A DNA stretch of 32,000 nt. Source: Candidatus Atelocyanobacterium thalassa isolate ALOHA (GTDB taxonomy: Bacteria; Cyanobacteriota; Cyanobacteriia; Cyanobacteriales; Microcystaceae). Shown piece after piece: positions 17,740-26,681 of the stretch (positions are counted from its first letter, which is position 1; each line of letters opens with the position of its first letter). The stretch is from contig NC_013771.1 in NCBI RefSeq assembly GCF_000025125.1, positions 1,230,001 to 1,262,000 of the forward strand, read 5' to 3'. The notes under the pieces were generated by a model. That model was not told the origin of the DNA. It ran no database searches and was given only the letters and a program-made list of their open reading frames with translations. Made by a program: the position numbers and the translations under genes.

Positions 17740-18801
17740 ATGAACTTTGCTCATTGGATTGGTTTTGTTATCTTATCATTTTCTTTTTATATTGTATGGA
17801 AGGTTAGACAGTTATTAATTTTATTATCTACAGCAGTTATTATTGCTAACTTTCTAAATCATGGAGTTCAAGCTCTACAGAAATTAGGCGTCAAACGCTT
17901 TTATTCAGTTCTATTACTCATAGCATTTTTATTGGTAATATTATTAAAGTTTTTTTTATATATTTTTTATCCTTCTTCTGAGCAATTCCCAGAACTTTTT
18001 CTCTTAATCTCTCAAGGAATTGATAGATTAACTTCTCCTATTCATAATTTTATAGTACAGCTTGATCCAGATTTAACTAAAACATTCCCAAATCTTAATA
18101 AAATTATTGAACAATTGCATCCATTGTTTCAAAAGATTGCTGGGCAAGGGCTGTCTGTATTTTATACAACTTTGGGAATTCCTCTAACTTTTCTACTGCT
18201 ACTAATACTAAGTTTAATGTTATTGGTCAATCCAACTGCATATCGACAAGGATGTATTAGATTATTTCCATATTTTTATAGATCAAGAATAAATTTAGCC
18301 CTAATACAATGCGATATTTTCCTTAAAGGTGAATTAATAGCTTTATTGTTCAGAATGATCATGATTTTCTTTTTAGCTTTTATAGGATTATCAATCTTAA
18401 AAATCCCCTTAAGCTTTACTCAGGCAGTTTTGATAATGATCTTAAATCTATTTCCTAATATTGGACCAATCTTAAGTTTTATACCTCCAATGGCGATCGC
18501 TTCACTGGAAACTCCGTTAAAATCTTTAGCTGTTTTAATTATTTTTCTCTCTTTTTATTTAATTATTAGACAAACAGAAAATAGAGTAATTACACCTTTA
18601 ATAATTAAAAATAGGATATCCTTACCTCCAGGATTCATATTGTTATCTCAAGTTCTATTCGCAATGTTTTTTGGAGCCTTAGGATTTTTACTGGCTGCAC
18701 CTTTGACAATAATTATTTCAGTACTGGTAAAAGAAATTATAGTCAAAGATATTTTAGACAACTGGAATTCAAATTATTTTTTTAAACATAATAAATATTA
18801 A
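17740..18801 (+). CDS. AI-2E family transporter (PerM/UPF0118-like)
   Basis: 353 aa with about 8 TM segments. The topology and the conserved-looking region NLFPNIGPILSFIPP ... RVITPLI match the AI-2E/PerM family. Confidence 0.75.
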   Translation: MNFAHWIGFVILSFSFYIVWKVRQLLILLSTAVIIANFLNHGVQALQKLGVKRFYSVLLLIAFLLVILLKFFLYIFYPSSEQFPELFLLISQGIDRLTSPIHNFIVQLDPDLTKTFPNLNKIIEQLHPLFQKIAGQGLSVFYTTLGIPLTFLLLLILSLMLLVNPTAYRQGCIRLFPYFYRSRINLALIQCDIFLKGELIALLFRMIMIFFLAFIGLSILKIPLSFTQAVLIMILNLFPNIGPILSFIPPMAIASLETPLKSLAVLIIFLSFYLIIRQTENRVITPLIIKNRISLPPGFILLSQVLFAMFFGALGFLLAAPLTIIISVLVKEIIVKDILDNWNSNYFFKHNKY

Positions 18802-18853
18802 AGTATAGAAATTTATTAGTTTAAATATTTTTTTGCTACTAATAGCTAGTTTT

Positions 18854-19645
18854 CTAAAATGCCGCTGTTCCTTTTCCTTGAAACATGATCCATGACAAGA
18901 AAAAGTTAATAATAAAGACAGCAAGTAAGGATGTGACGACTGCCGTAGTAGTAGACTGCCCTACTCCTTTTGCTCCTCCGCTAGTAGTGAGTCCCCAACT
19001 ACATCCAATTACAGCAATTAAACCTCCGAAAGTGATAGCTTTAATGGTAGAAGTTATTAAATCCCAAAATTCGAGAAAATTACGGACCGATGTAAGAAAT
19101 ACATAAACAGATATGTCGTATAAACCATTAGCAATTAATAAACCACCTGCCATACCAGTTATCAAAGAGAGAATATTGAGTATAGGTAACATCAAACAAC
19201 AAGCTAAAACTCGTGGAACAACCAAATAACTTATAGGATCTGTTTTTAGCATATATAGTGCATCGACTTGTTCCGTAACACGCATAGTTCCTATCTCAGC
19301 AGCAAAAGCCGATCCAACCCTTCCAGCAACTACAACAGCAGTTAAGACAGGAGCTAGCTCTCTAGTTAATGCCAATGCTAGTACTCCTCCGACTGTTGAT
19401 ACTGCTCCAAAACTTATGAATTCTCTGGCTACTTGAATAGTAAATACCATTCCTACAAAAGCAGCAGTAATCATTGAGATTGTTAGTGACTCTGGTCCTA
19501 CAACACTCATCTGCTCTAATGTATTTCTTTTATGTATTTTAGTTTTTAAAATATGAAAAAAAACTTGTCCTCCTAAAAGAATAGCTGCTACAAGTCTTTC
19601 AAACCAAATACTTAGCCCTTTCCGAGAATATTGATGGTTTGCCAT
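18854..19645 (-). CDS. mlaE: MlaE-family ABC transporter permease (Ycf63/TGD1-like lipid transport permease)
   Basis: 263 aa. MlaE-like blocks are present: REL(A)PVLTAVVVAGRVGSAFAAEIGTMRVTEQVDAL and VVPRVLA. Confidence 0.85.
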   Translation of the reverse strand: MANHQYSRKGLSIWFERLVAAILLGGQVFFHILKTKIHKRNTLEQMSVVGPESLTISMITAAFVGMVFTIQVAREFISFGAVSTVGGVLALALTRELAPVLTAVVVAGRVGSAFAAEIGTMRVTEQVDALYMLKTDPISYLVVPRVLACCLMLPILNILSLITGMAGGLLIANGLYDISVYVFLTSVRNFLEFWDLITSTIKAITFGGLIAVIGCSWGLTTSGGAKGVGQSTTTAVVTSLLAVFIINFFLSWIMFQGKGTAAF

Positions 19646-19810
19646 TATTCTTTGTCTCTATTTTTGTTTAATTTTGCTGTAAATTTGTAATTTTATTTAA
19701 TATGAATAAACGTTTAACTATATTTTTGAGCAGATAATAGCATTTTAATTATAAGAATCATTAGTTAATTTATTAATATATTAGCTCTTACTTATTACTT
19801 TTTTAATGAC

Positions 19811-20374
19811 TTAAATATTCTTTCTTAACTCTTCCAACTCACTGTCCAGTTCCCAGCGCTGGAAATCAGCTTCTAGAGAATCAGATGTTTTTTGAGAATT
19901 ATCTTCTTTAATATTTTGTTTTTCATTATCAATAGAATAATTTGAGCTTGCTCCCTTAGTCTGAAATTCTACTGTTTTAGATTTAATTTCTTGCTTTCTT
20001 TTTAAAATTTGGCTTAGCAGAGTTCTGCTTTGAAGAATCTTTTGTTTTGCTTTTTCCATTTTCCCCCACATCTCATTACCTTGTTGAATTAACGCTGCCT
20101 CTCTCTCTTGAGCAGCCTTAGATAAATCTAAGCGTTTTGCTATTTTCGCTTTTGAAATTCTATGATGCCATACTTTAACTTCTTCAGCTAAAGATATGAT
20201 TTGGAATTCAAGACCTCTCTTTTCTTCATGATTTTCTTCAATTAACTTAAGTGCTTTTTGTTCTTGTTCTTGTAATTGTTCAAGAAGATACTGTAACTCT
20301 AAGTTAGGGTTACTTTGAAGAAACTCTTCTAAACGTGTTTCTAAAAACTTTCCTAAGTCACTGAATAAATTCAT
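19811..20374 (-). CDS. Conserved coiled-coil protein (PspA/IM30-like N-terminal pattern; function unknown)
   Basis: I chose the internal ATG at 20374 (MNLFSDLGKFLETRLEEFL...) over the track start at 20419. The extra 15 aa (MLQLGSLNIFTIIYY) read like AT-rich noise. The rest is a long heptad-rich helical region with an acidic C-terminal tail. Confidence 0.6.
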   Translation of the reverse strand: MNLFSDLGKFLETRLEEFLQSNPNLELQYLLEQLQEQEQKALKLIEENHEEKRGLEFQIISLAEEVKVWHHRISKAKIAKRLDLSKAAQEREAALIQQGNEMWGKMEKAKQKILQSRTLLSQILKRKQEIKSKTVEFQTKGASSNYSIDNEKQNIKEDNSQKTSDSLEADFQRWELDSELEELRKNI

Positions 20375-20821
20375 ATAATAAATAATTGTAAATATATTTA
20401 AGCTGCCTAATTGTAACAAAGTAAAGATCGAAATTTTTCGAGATTTAATATAATAAGATGTTCAATAAATAGATATGGTAATATATCTACTTCCTAATCA
20501 ATCATGTTAGCTGGACTGAATTACTAGACTATTTAAACTTTCTATGATTAAGTACGGATATAATGTAATTATATTTAAATTAAAGCTATGGCTTATAATA
20601 CTTTGTTATAAATAGTAAAGTTTATAAAGATGATAGAAACTGCTAAAATATAGCAGTTTTAAAACTAAAAAAAACTATAATTAAAGATTAGATAAAAACG
20701 TAATTTAAGAAAATTCATAATTTAGTTGGTACTTAAAGATCTCTTTTCTTGCCAAAAGTCTAAATGATTTTATTGTTTCTCTATTCTTAATGATTATTCA
20801 CACAACTAGATTATTTTTTTT

Positions 20822-21097
20822 ATGGCTGTAAAAATATTAATTCCTAATTCTCTCCAAAAATATACAAATAACCAGGCTATCTTAGAATACACTATTGACA
20901 CAGTTAATGAGTTAATAAGAAATATTGAAACAGACTTCCCTGAAATACGAAACCATTTAACTGATGATAATGGAAAACTTCATCGTTTTTTAAATTTTTA
21001 TGTAAATAATGACGACATACGTTTTCTTGATAATAGAGAAACTAAACTTAAGGACGGAGATGAAGTTAGTATTATTTCTGCAATTGCTGGAGGTTAA
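20822..21097 (+). CDS. MoaD/ThiS-family ubiquitin-like sulfur-carrier protein (CysO-like)
   Basis: 91 aa ending in a -GG terminus (SAIAGG). GKLHRFLNFYVNNDDIRF...DGDEVSII closely matches the CysO-type pattern KLHRFVNIYVNDEDVRF...DGD.V.ILPAVAGG. Confidence 0.8.
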   Translation: MAVKILIPNSLQKYTNNQAILEYTIDTVNELIRNIETDFPEIRNHLTDDNGKLHRFLNFYVNNDDIRFLDNRETKLKDGDEVSIISAIAGG

Positions 21098-21299
21098 GAA
21101 TTAAAATCTATTCATGTCCTAATAAAGAGAATCATCAAGTTTTTCATGAATATTATCAGAAATAGATTACAAATTGATAATATGTTTTTACTCATCAATT
21201 TTTTAGATAAGAATATAAATCATAACCTACTGTTGCTTAACTAAGCATCAACATATTCTAAGCTATCTTTAAACCTTATAATTTAATATAACTTTATTC

Positions 21300-23060
21300 A
21301 TGCTTTCGTTATTGCAAATTAAAAACTTCGCCTTAATTGATAATTTAACTGTTACGTTTGGTAGTGGCTTAAATGTTTTGACAGGAGAAACTGGTGCTGG
21401 AAAATCTATAGTTTTAGATGCAATTGATATTGTTTTAGGAGGAAGGATCAATCAACGTCTAATTCGTAATAAGACACAAAATGTTTTTATTAAAGCAACA
21501 TTTCAAGTTAATTCTGAAGTTTTAAAATTATTACAAACACATAAGATTGATTATCCTAAAAATAAACAAGTAATATTTTCTAGAGAAATCTCTTTATCTG
21601 GTAAGGCTATTAGATCACGTTTTCGTATTAATGGAGCCTCAGCTAATCTACAGCTAATTAAAAAATTACGTAATCTTTTAATAGAAATAACTGCTCAAGA
21701 CCGAACATCACAATTAACAGAGTCTGCTAGACAGAGAGAATTACTCGATGTATATGGGCATAATTGCATAGCTCAAAAAAAAGAATCGGTAAAATTTGGC
21801 TATGAAAAAGTTCAAGCTTTGGAAAAAAATCTTAATAAGTATAAAATTTCTCAGACAGAATATTCAAATCGTTTAGCTTTACTAAAAGATCAATCCAAAG
21901 AACTAGAAGAGATTAAGTTATCTGATAAAGATGAATTAAATTCTTTACAAAAGGAGTATGAACGTCTCTCACACTCTGTAGAACTAGAAAATTTTAGTCA
22001 TCAAATTTTTGAGTTACTCTATCAGAATGATAATGAAATATCTGCAGTTGTAGATTATCTCAGTACAATAGAGACTTTGTTTATTAAAATGATGGAATAT
22101 GATGAGAGTGTTGAACCTTTGCTAGAAATGTTGAGATCTGCCTCAACTCAAGTCATTGAAATAGGACAAGAAATTAACAAATATGGATATAGTTTAGATA
22201 CTGATCCTCAAAGATTAAGAGAATTAGAAAACAGAATTCATCTTATTAAACAATTTTGTCGAAAATATAATATAAATTCTGTTGATTTAATTGATTATCA
22301 TAGACAAGTTATCTTAGAGTTAAATGATTTGGAAGATTATGATAGTTCCTTAGAGAATTTAGAAAAAGAACTTGCTATCTCTAAGAAACAATTATTAGAT
22401 AATTGCCATAAATTAACTACATTACGCCAAAAAACTGCAGAAAAGTTAGAAAAAAAATTAATTGAGGAGTTAAAATCTTTATCAATGGAAAAAGTGGTTT
22501 TTACTTGTAAAATATCTCCTTCTTCTATTGGTAGTCACGGAGGTGATAAAGTTGATTTCTATTTTAGTCCTAATGAAGGAGAAAAAATACAACTTTTGTC
22601 TTGTACTGCATCAGGCGGAGAGATGAGTCGCTTCTTCTTGGCACTAAAAGCTTGCTTCGTTAAAGCTGAGGAATCTACAGGATCATTAATATTTGATGAA
22701 ATAGATACTGGTGTATCTGGAAGAATAGTGCAGGTAATTGCTGAGAAACTTTATGATTTAAGTACTAATTATCAAGTTTTATGCGTTACCCATCAACCAC
22801 TAGTCGCAGCAATGGCCATAAGTCATTTTCATGTCAAGAAACAGGTTATCCAAGAGGAAGTAATTATTAAAAATCAGGATAATGCAATGTTAAAAATATT
22901 AGAACCTAGAACAGTTGTAAAAATTAAACAGTTAAATAATATTAATGATAGGAAAGAAGAATTAGCTAAATTAGCAGGAGGGAATTCTTCAGAAGATGCT
23001 ATGGAATTTGCCGAATCTTTACTAACACAAGCTGATTTGTATCGTTTACGTAAAGAGTAA
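21300..23060 (+). CDS. recN: DNA repair protein RecN
   Basis: 586 aa. The N-terminus has the Walker A motif LTGETGAGKSI, the centre is a long coiled coil, and the C-terminus has the SMC signature and Walker B (ASGGEMSR..., LIFDEIDTGVSG). Confidence 0.92.
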   Translation: MLSLLQIKNFALIDNLTVTFGSGLNVLTGETGAGKSIVLDAIDIVLGGRINQRLIRNKTQNVFIKATFQVNSEVLKLLQTHKIDYPKNKQVIFSREISLSGKAIRSRFRINGASANLQLIKKLRNLLIEITAQDRTSQLTESARQRELLDVYGHNCIAQKKESVKFGYEKVQALEKNLNKYKISQTEYSNRLALLKDQSKELEEIKLSDKDELNSLQKEYERLSHSVELENFSHQIFELLYQNDNEISAVVDYLSTIETLFIKMMEYDESVEPLLEMLRSASTQVIEIGQEINKYGYSLDTDPQRLRELENRIHLIKQFCRKYNINSVDLIDYHRQVILELNDLEDYDSSLENLEKELAISKKQLLDNCHKLTTLRQKTAEKLEKKLIEELKSLSMEKVVFTCKISPSSIGSHGGDKVDFYFSPNEGEKIQLLSCTASGGEMSRFFLALKACFVKAEESTGSLIFDEIDTGVSGRIVQVIAEKLYDLSTNYQVLCVTHQPLVAAMAISHFHVKKQVIQEEVIIKNQDNAMLKILEPRTVVKIKQLNNINDRKEELAKLAGGNSSEDAMEFAESLLTQADLYRLRKE

Positions 23061-23132
23061 ATCTTACTCCATAGTATATAGACTGAAAAAAGACTATAAT
23101 CCTTATGCAGAAAAAATATATTAAGCTACAAA

Positions 23133-24263
23133 ATGGTTAATGAAAATATAGATTATTCTTATCATCCTTTGGCAGAATATATTTGTCGCTTAGAAAACAA
23201 CGATACACTTCTTGATGACTCGCCATTAAATGTCGTTGAAGTTGTCGGTATATTAAAAAGCTATGGAATCGTCTTAGAATCATATTCTCAGAACCTGGAC
23301 TATATCGCAAGTTATCAGTTTCTAAATTTTTTTCCACTCTTCAAATATTTTAATGGAGAAATATCTATTAAAAAAATAGTTAAACACTTAAAGCACCAAC
23401 GCATTAATTATGAGTATGCGGAATACTGCGTCAGGACGATGATGTGGCATGGTGGAGGGGATTTAGATGTTTATCTAGATAGCGAAGAATTTATAGAAAA
23501 TGTAAATTCTTTAATTTCAACTAAATTTAAATATAATTTATTAGTTCAAGTTCTTCATAAAGTTTTTCCTGAATTTTTAATAGAACAAATGAGAATGATG
23601 GCTTATTACAAATGTTTAGGTCAATTCTGGAAAGAGATGTCTCATATTTTTTTATGTCTTTCTGATAGTTATGATAATCATAAAATTAAATCTATTCCTA
23701 GCATTGTTGAATATATTTTAGATAGCTTAAAGAAAAAGGTAGATGAACCTATTTGTTATGAAGTTAAGGAAAAAGAGCAAAAATTCAACATCATACCGAA
23801 AGTAGCTTGTCTAAGTTTATTTAATGATGTTGTCGTTCCTTATGCAGAGTCTATTTTTTTTCGGGGCACACCATTTCCAGGGCTTATTTCTTATAATGCA
23901 CAATCACATCAAATTCCTTCGGAAAAATTCTCTTTTACATATGGAATATTATATGCTGATCCTCTCCCGATAGGTGGAGCAGGGGTTCCTCCAACTTTAT
24001 TAATGAAAGATCTCAATCACTATATTCCTGATTATTTATATAATATTTACTCCCAAACAATTCGCCAAGAGGATGATCTGTTGGTACAAATTTGTAAAAG
24101 TTTTCAAAAATCTATGTTTTGTGTAACAACGGCTGTTATCAAAGGCTTGGCACCATACCCTCTAAATACAACAAATGTTGAAGAACAAAAGGAAAATCGA
24201 ATTTACTTGAAGAAATGGATGGATCGTTTCCAATGTTCACAAATTTCAACTATTAATAGTTAA
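23133..24263 (+). CDS. cupB: CO2 hydration protein of NDH-1 (ChpX/ChpY = CupB/CupA family)
   Basis: 376 aa. The family blocks as I recall them are present: HPLAEYI, EVVGILKSYGIVLESYS, FFPLFKYFNGEIS, INYEYAEYCVRTMMWHGGG and YADPLPIGGAGVPPTLLM. The size fits the shorter ChpX/CupB type better, but the choice of paralog is tentative. Confidence 0.8.
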   Translation: MVNENIDYSYHPLAEYICRLENNDTLLDDSPLNVVEVVGILKSYGIVLESYSQNLDYIASYQFLNFFPLFKYFNGEISIKKIVKHLKHQRINYEYAEYCVRTMMWHGGGDLDVYLDSEEFIENVNSLISTKFKYNLLVQVLHKVFPEFLIEQMRMMAYYKCLGQFWKEMSHIFLCLSDSYDNHKIKSIPSIVEYILDSLKKKVDEPICYEVKEKEQKFNIIPKVACLSLFNDVVVPYAESIFFRGTPFPGLISYNAQSHQIPSEKFSFTYGILYADPLPIGGAGVPPTLLMKDLNHYIPDYLYNIYSQTIRQEDDLLVQICKSFQKSMFCVTTAVIKGLAPYPLNTTNVEEQKENRIYLKKWMDRFQCSQISTINS

Positions 24264-24451
24264 TAAAATAATTATTTTGTATTTAACTTAGGATAAAAAG
24301 TTATTTTAATAAAATTTTCTTATATATGATCAAGAACTACATGTTTTTACAAAGAATCTAGTGCATAGCAAAAAATATTTAAACTTAAGGCTTTATTATT
24401 TGAAACAAAACATTTAATATGGAAGATGAGGTAATCATAAATTTAATTATT

Positions 24452-24706
24452 ATGAACATTGCAGATATTTTTACTGTGTTTTCTTGGGATACGCTTTTAG
24501 CAGCGTTAACTTACTTGGTTATAAGTGTTTCATATTTGTTAATAGTCCCAGGTTTAATTTATATATATCTTAAGAGTCGCTGGTATGTAGCAAGCTCTAT
24601 CGAAAGAACTTTCATGTATTCTTTAATGTTTTTCTTCTTTCCAGGCGTACTTCTCCTAAGCCCCTTTTTAAATTTTCGCCCCAAGCGTCGCCAATTAAAT
24701 ATATAG
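24452..24706 (+). CDS. ndhL: NAD(P)H-quinone oxidoreductase (NDH-1) subunit L
   Basis: SRWYVASSIERTFMYSLMFFFFPGVLLLSPFLNFRPKRR matches the NdhL (IctA) signature. I prefer the internal ATG at 24452 (84 aa) to the track start at 24419. Confidence 0.85.
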   Translation: MNIADIFTVFSWDTLLAALTYLVISVSYLLIVPGLIYIYLKSRWYVASSIERTFMYSLMFFFFPGVLLLSPFLNFRPKRRQLNI

Positions 24707-24736
24707 GTTTAAAAATACATATAGTTTTAAATTATT

Positions 24737-25024
24737 ATGAAACGAATTGATGTAATTGTAATTACCTTGTGTGCTTTTATTGGAGGCGGTGTTATCTACC
24801 TTGCTTTCAGGTTAATTGGTCTTGACAATTTATCTGCTGGAATATGGAGTCAACTGCTGCTGGTACTTGGTTTAATAGGTTGGACATCAACTTATTTATT
24901 TAGGGTAGCTAATAAAAAAATGACTTATAATCAACAACTAAAAAATTATGAAGATGCTGTCCTTCAAAAATACATTGAAGAGATGACTCCTGAAGAACTT
25001 GAAAAATTAGAAAGAGAAATTTAA
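24737..25024 (+). CDS. DUF3007-like small membrane protein
   Basis: 95 aa with two TM helices followed by an amphipathic, acidic C-terminal helix (MTYNQQLKNYEDAVLQKYIEEMTPEELEKL). The gene starts 30 nt after ndhL. The family assignment is from memory of the motif. Confidence 0.6.
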   Translation: MKRIDVIVITLCAFIGGGVIYLAFRLIGLDNLSAGIWSQLLLVLGLIGWTSTYLFRVANKKMTYNQQLKNYEDAVLQKYIEEMTPEELEKLEREI

Positions 25025-25482
25025 AATAAGTAACTTTTTTAAAGGGTTAGAAAATTAATACATCTAATCTTTCGCGAAAAATTAAGTTACCGCACAAATT
25101 CTACTACTATATTTTTGAATAATAAAGATATGATTTTACTATCAATAGCACTTCTATAAAAAGAAATATTGAAAGTTTTATATGTTTAAGTACAGGATCT
25201 TAAGTTTTTATCATATCTTTTCCTCGGTAAAATAGGCTTATAAAGGTTTCAGAAATTATAAAAGGTTTTTAAATTGTATTTAGAAAATTTTTTTTTATAA
25301 AGATATAATTCTATTTCTTAAGTAATTATCATAGTCATCAAAAATATATAACAATACATATGCTTTAGAATTATCAATAATATTTTTCAATTAATTAAAT
25401 ATCAATTAGTGAAGGAATTATCATTTAACAACTATTAAGTTTTACTATTAAAACGAAATGCATAATAACACTTTAAGAATAA

Positions 25483-26439
25483 ATGAATTATAAAAACTAT
25501 TACACAATTCTCGGCATCAGTGAAAATGCAGATGAGAATGAAATTAAAAAAGCTTTTCGAAAACTTGCTGTGAAATATCATCCTGACAGAAATCCTGATG
25601 ATAAAAAAGCAGAAGAATATTTTAAAAAAGTTAGTGAAGCTTATGAAGTCTTATCCGATCCTGATAAACGAAAAGAAAATGACAAATTAAAACAATCTTA
25701 CAAAAGCTATACTAATAACCAAAATAATACTAACAATAATAAAAAATACACTAGTACAAATAATTTTGATTTAAGTAAATATAAAAATTTTGAAGAATTT
25801 ATCAGCGATTTATTTGATTATTCTTCAAGTAATCAAAATTCTAAAACTAAAGTTCATTATAATAAAACACAATCTTCAGAGAATATTGACTACCAATCCA
25901 CTTCATCTGAGCAAGAAACAACACTATATCTCACTTATTCAGAAGGTTTTCATGGCACACAGAAACGACTGAATTTAGGCAATAAAATTATTAGTGTTCG
26001 TATTCCTTCAGGCGCTAAAGATGGTAGTCGTATTAAGATTAAAAGAAAAAATACGAAAAATCTTCATCGTGAATACGACGAAAATTTTTATCTTAATATT
26101 CAACTAACTCCTCATTCTTTCTTTAGTTTTGAATCAGATAGTCTTGCTTGTGAAATACCTATTACTTTTGATGAGGCTGTTTTAGGTACAACTATAGATG
26201 TACCAACGCCAGATGGTATGGTTGCGGTAAAAATTCCTGCTGGTATTCAAAATGGTACACTCTTAAGACTTAGAGGTAAGGGCTGGATTAATCCTCAAAA
26301 CAAGAGAGGAGATCAATTAATAAGAATAAAAATTGATACTCCCCAGAAAATTAATAATATGGAAAAAGAATATTACAAAAAAATTTTTAACAGTAGAGAT
26401 TATAATCCCAGAATTAATATACAAAATATTAAATTATAG
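25483..26439 (+). CDS. DnaJ-domain co-chaperone (CbpA/type II-like; no zinc finger)
   Basis: The J domain carries HPD (YYTILGIS...[10 protein letters not shown]...[11 protein letters not shown]). An Asn/Ser-rich low-complexity linker follows. The C-terminus is a DnaJ_C-type beta-sandwich domain ([15 protein letters not shown]..., [18 protein letters not shown]). Confidence 0.85.
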   Translation: MNYKNYYTILGISENADENEIKKAFRKLAVKYHPDRNPDDKKAEEYFKKVSEAYEVLSDPDKRKENDKLKQSYKSYTNNQNNTNNNKKYTSTNNFDLSKYKNFEEFISDLFDYSSSNQNSKTKVHYNKTQSSENIDYQSTSSEQETTLYLTYSEGFHGTQKRLNLGNKIISVRIPSGAKDGSRIKIKRKNTKNLHREYDENFYLNIQLTPHSFFSFESDSLACEIPITFDEAVLGTTIDVPTPDGMVAVKIPAGIQNGTLLRLRGKGWINPQNKRGDQLIRIKIDTPQKINNMEKEYYKKIFNSRDYNPRINIQNIKL

Positions 26440-26560
26440 ATATATATCAGGATATATTTTAATTCTTTGTTTTGTAGTTAATTAGAAAAACTTTAAACTC
26501 AGTAATTTATTTATGAGTGATCCGTTTAAAGGAAAGAGTATTTATTTAGTATTCTATCTA

Positions 26561-26634
<74 letters not shown>

Positions 26635-26681
26635 GTGCATTACTTATAATAACATAACGTTGGTCAAATAGCAATTTTTTA

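Noticed and set aside
18885-19106. ORF 18885..19106(+), antisense to mlaE
   Set aside because: It is fully embedded antisense in a strongly supported permease gene.
20375-20419. 15-codon N-terminal extension of the coiled-coil ORF (MLQLGSLNIFTIIYY)
   Set aside because: The extension is hydrophobic and AT-rich and looks non-native. The internal Met gives the conserved-looking MNLFSDLGKF N-terminus.
21269-21451. ORF 21269..21451(-), overlapping the recN start
   Set aside because: It is antisense to the RecN Walker A region. RecN explains the sequence.
23137-23337. ORF 23137..23337(-), antisense to cupB
   Set aside because: It is antisense to the most conserved N-terminal block of the ChpXY protein.
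25790-25972. ORF 25790..25972(+), inside the DnaJ-like gene
   Set aside because: It is an alternative frame through the low-complexity linker and shows no independent support.
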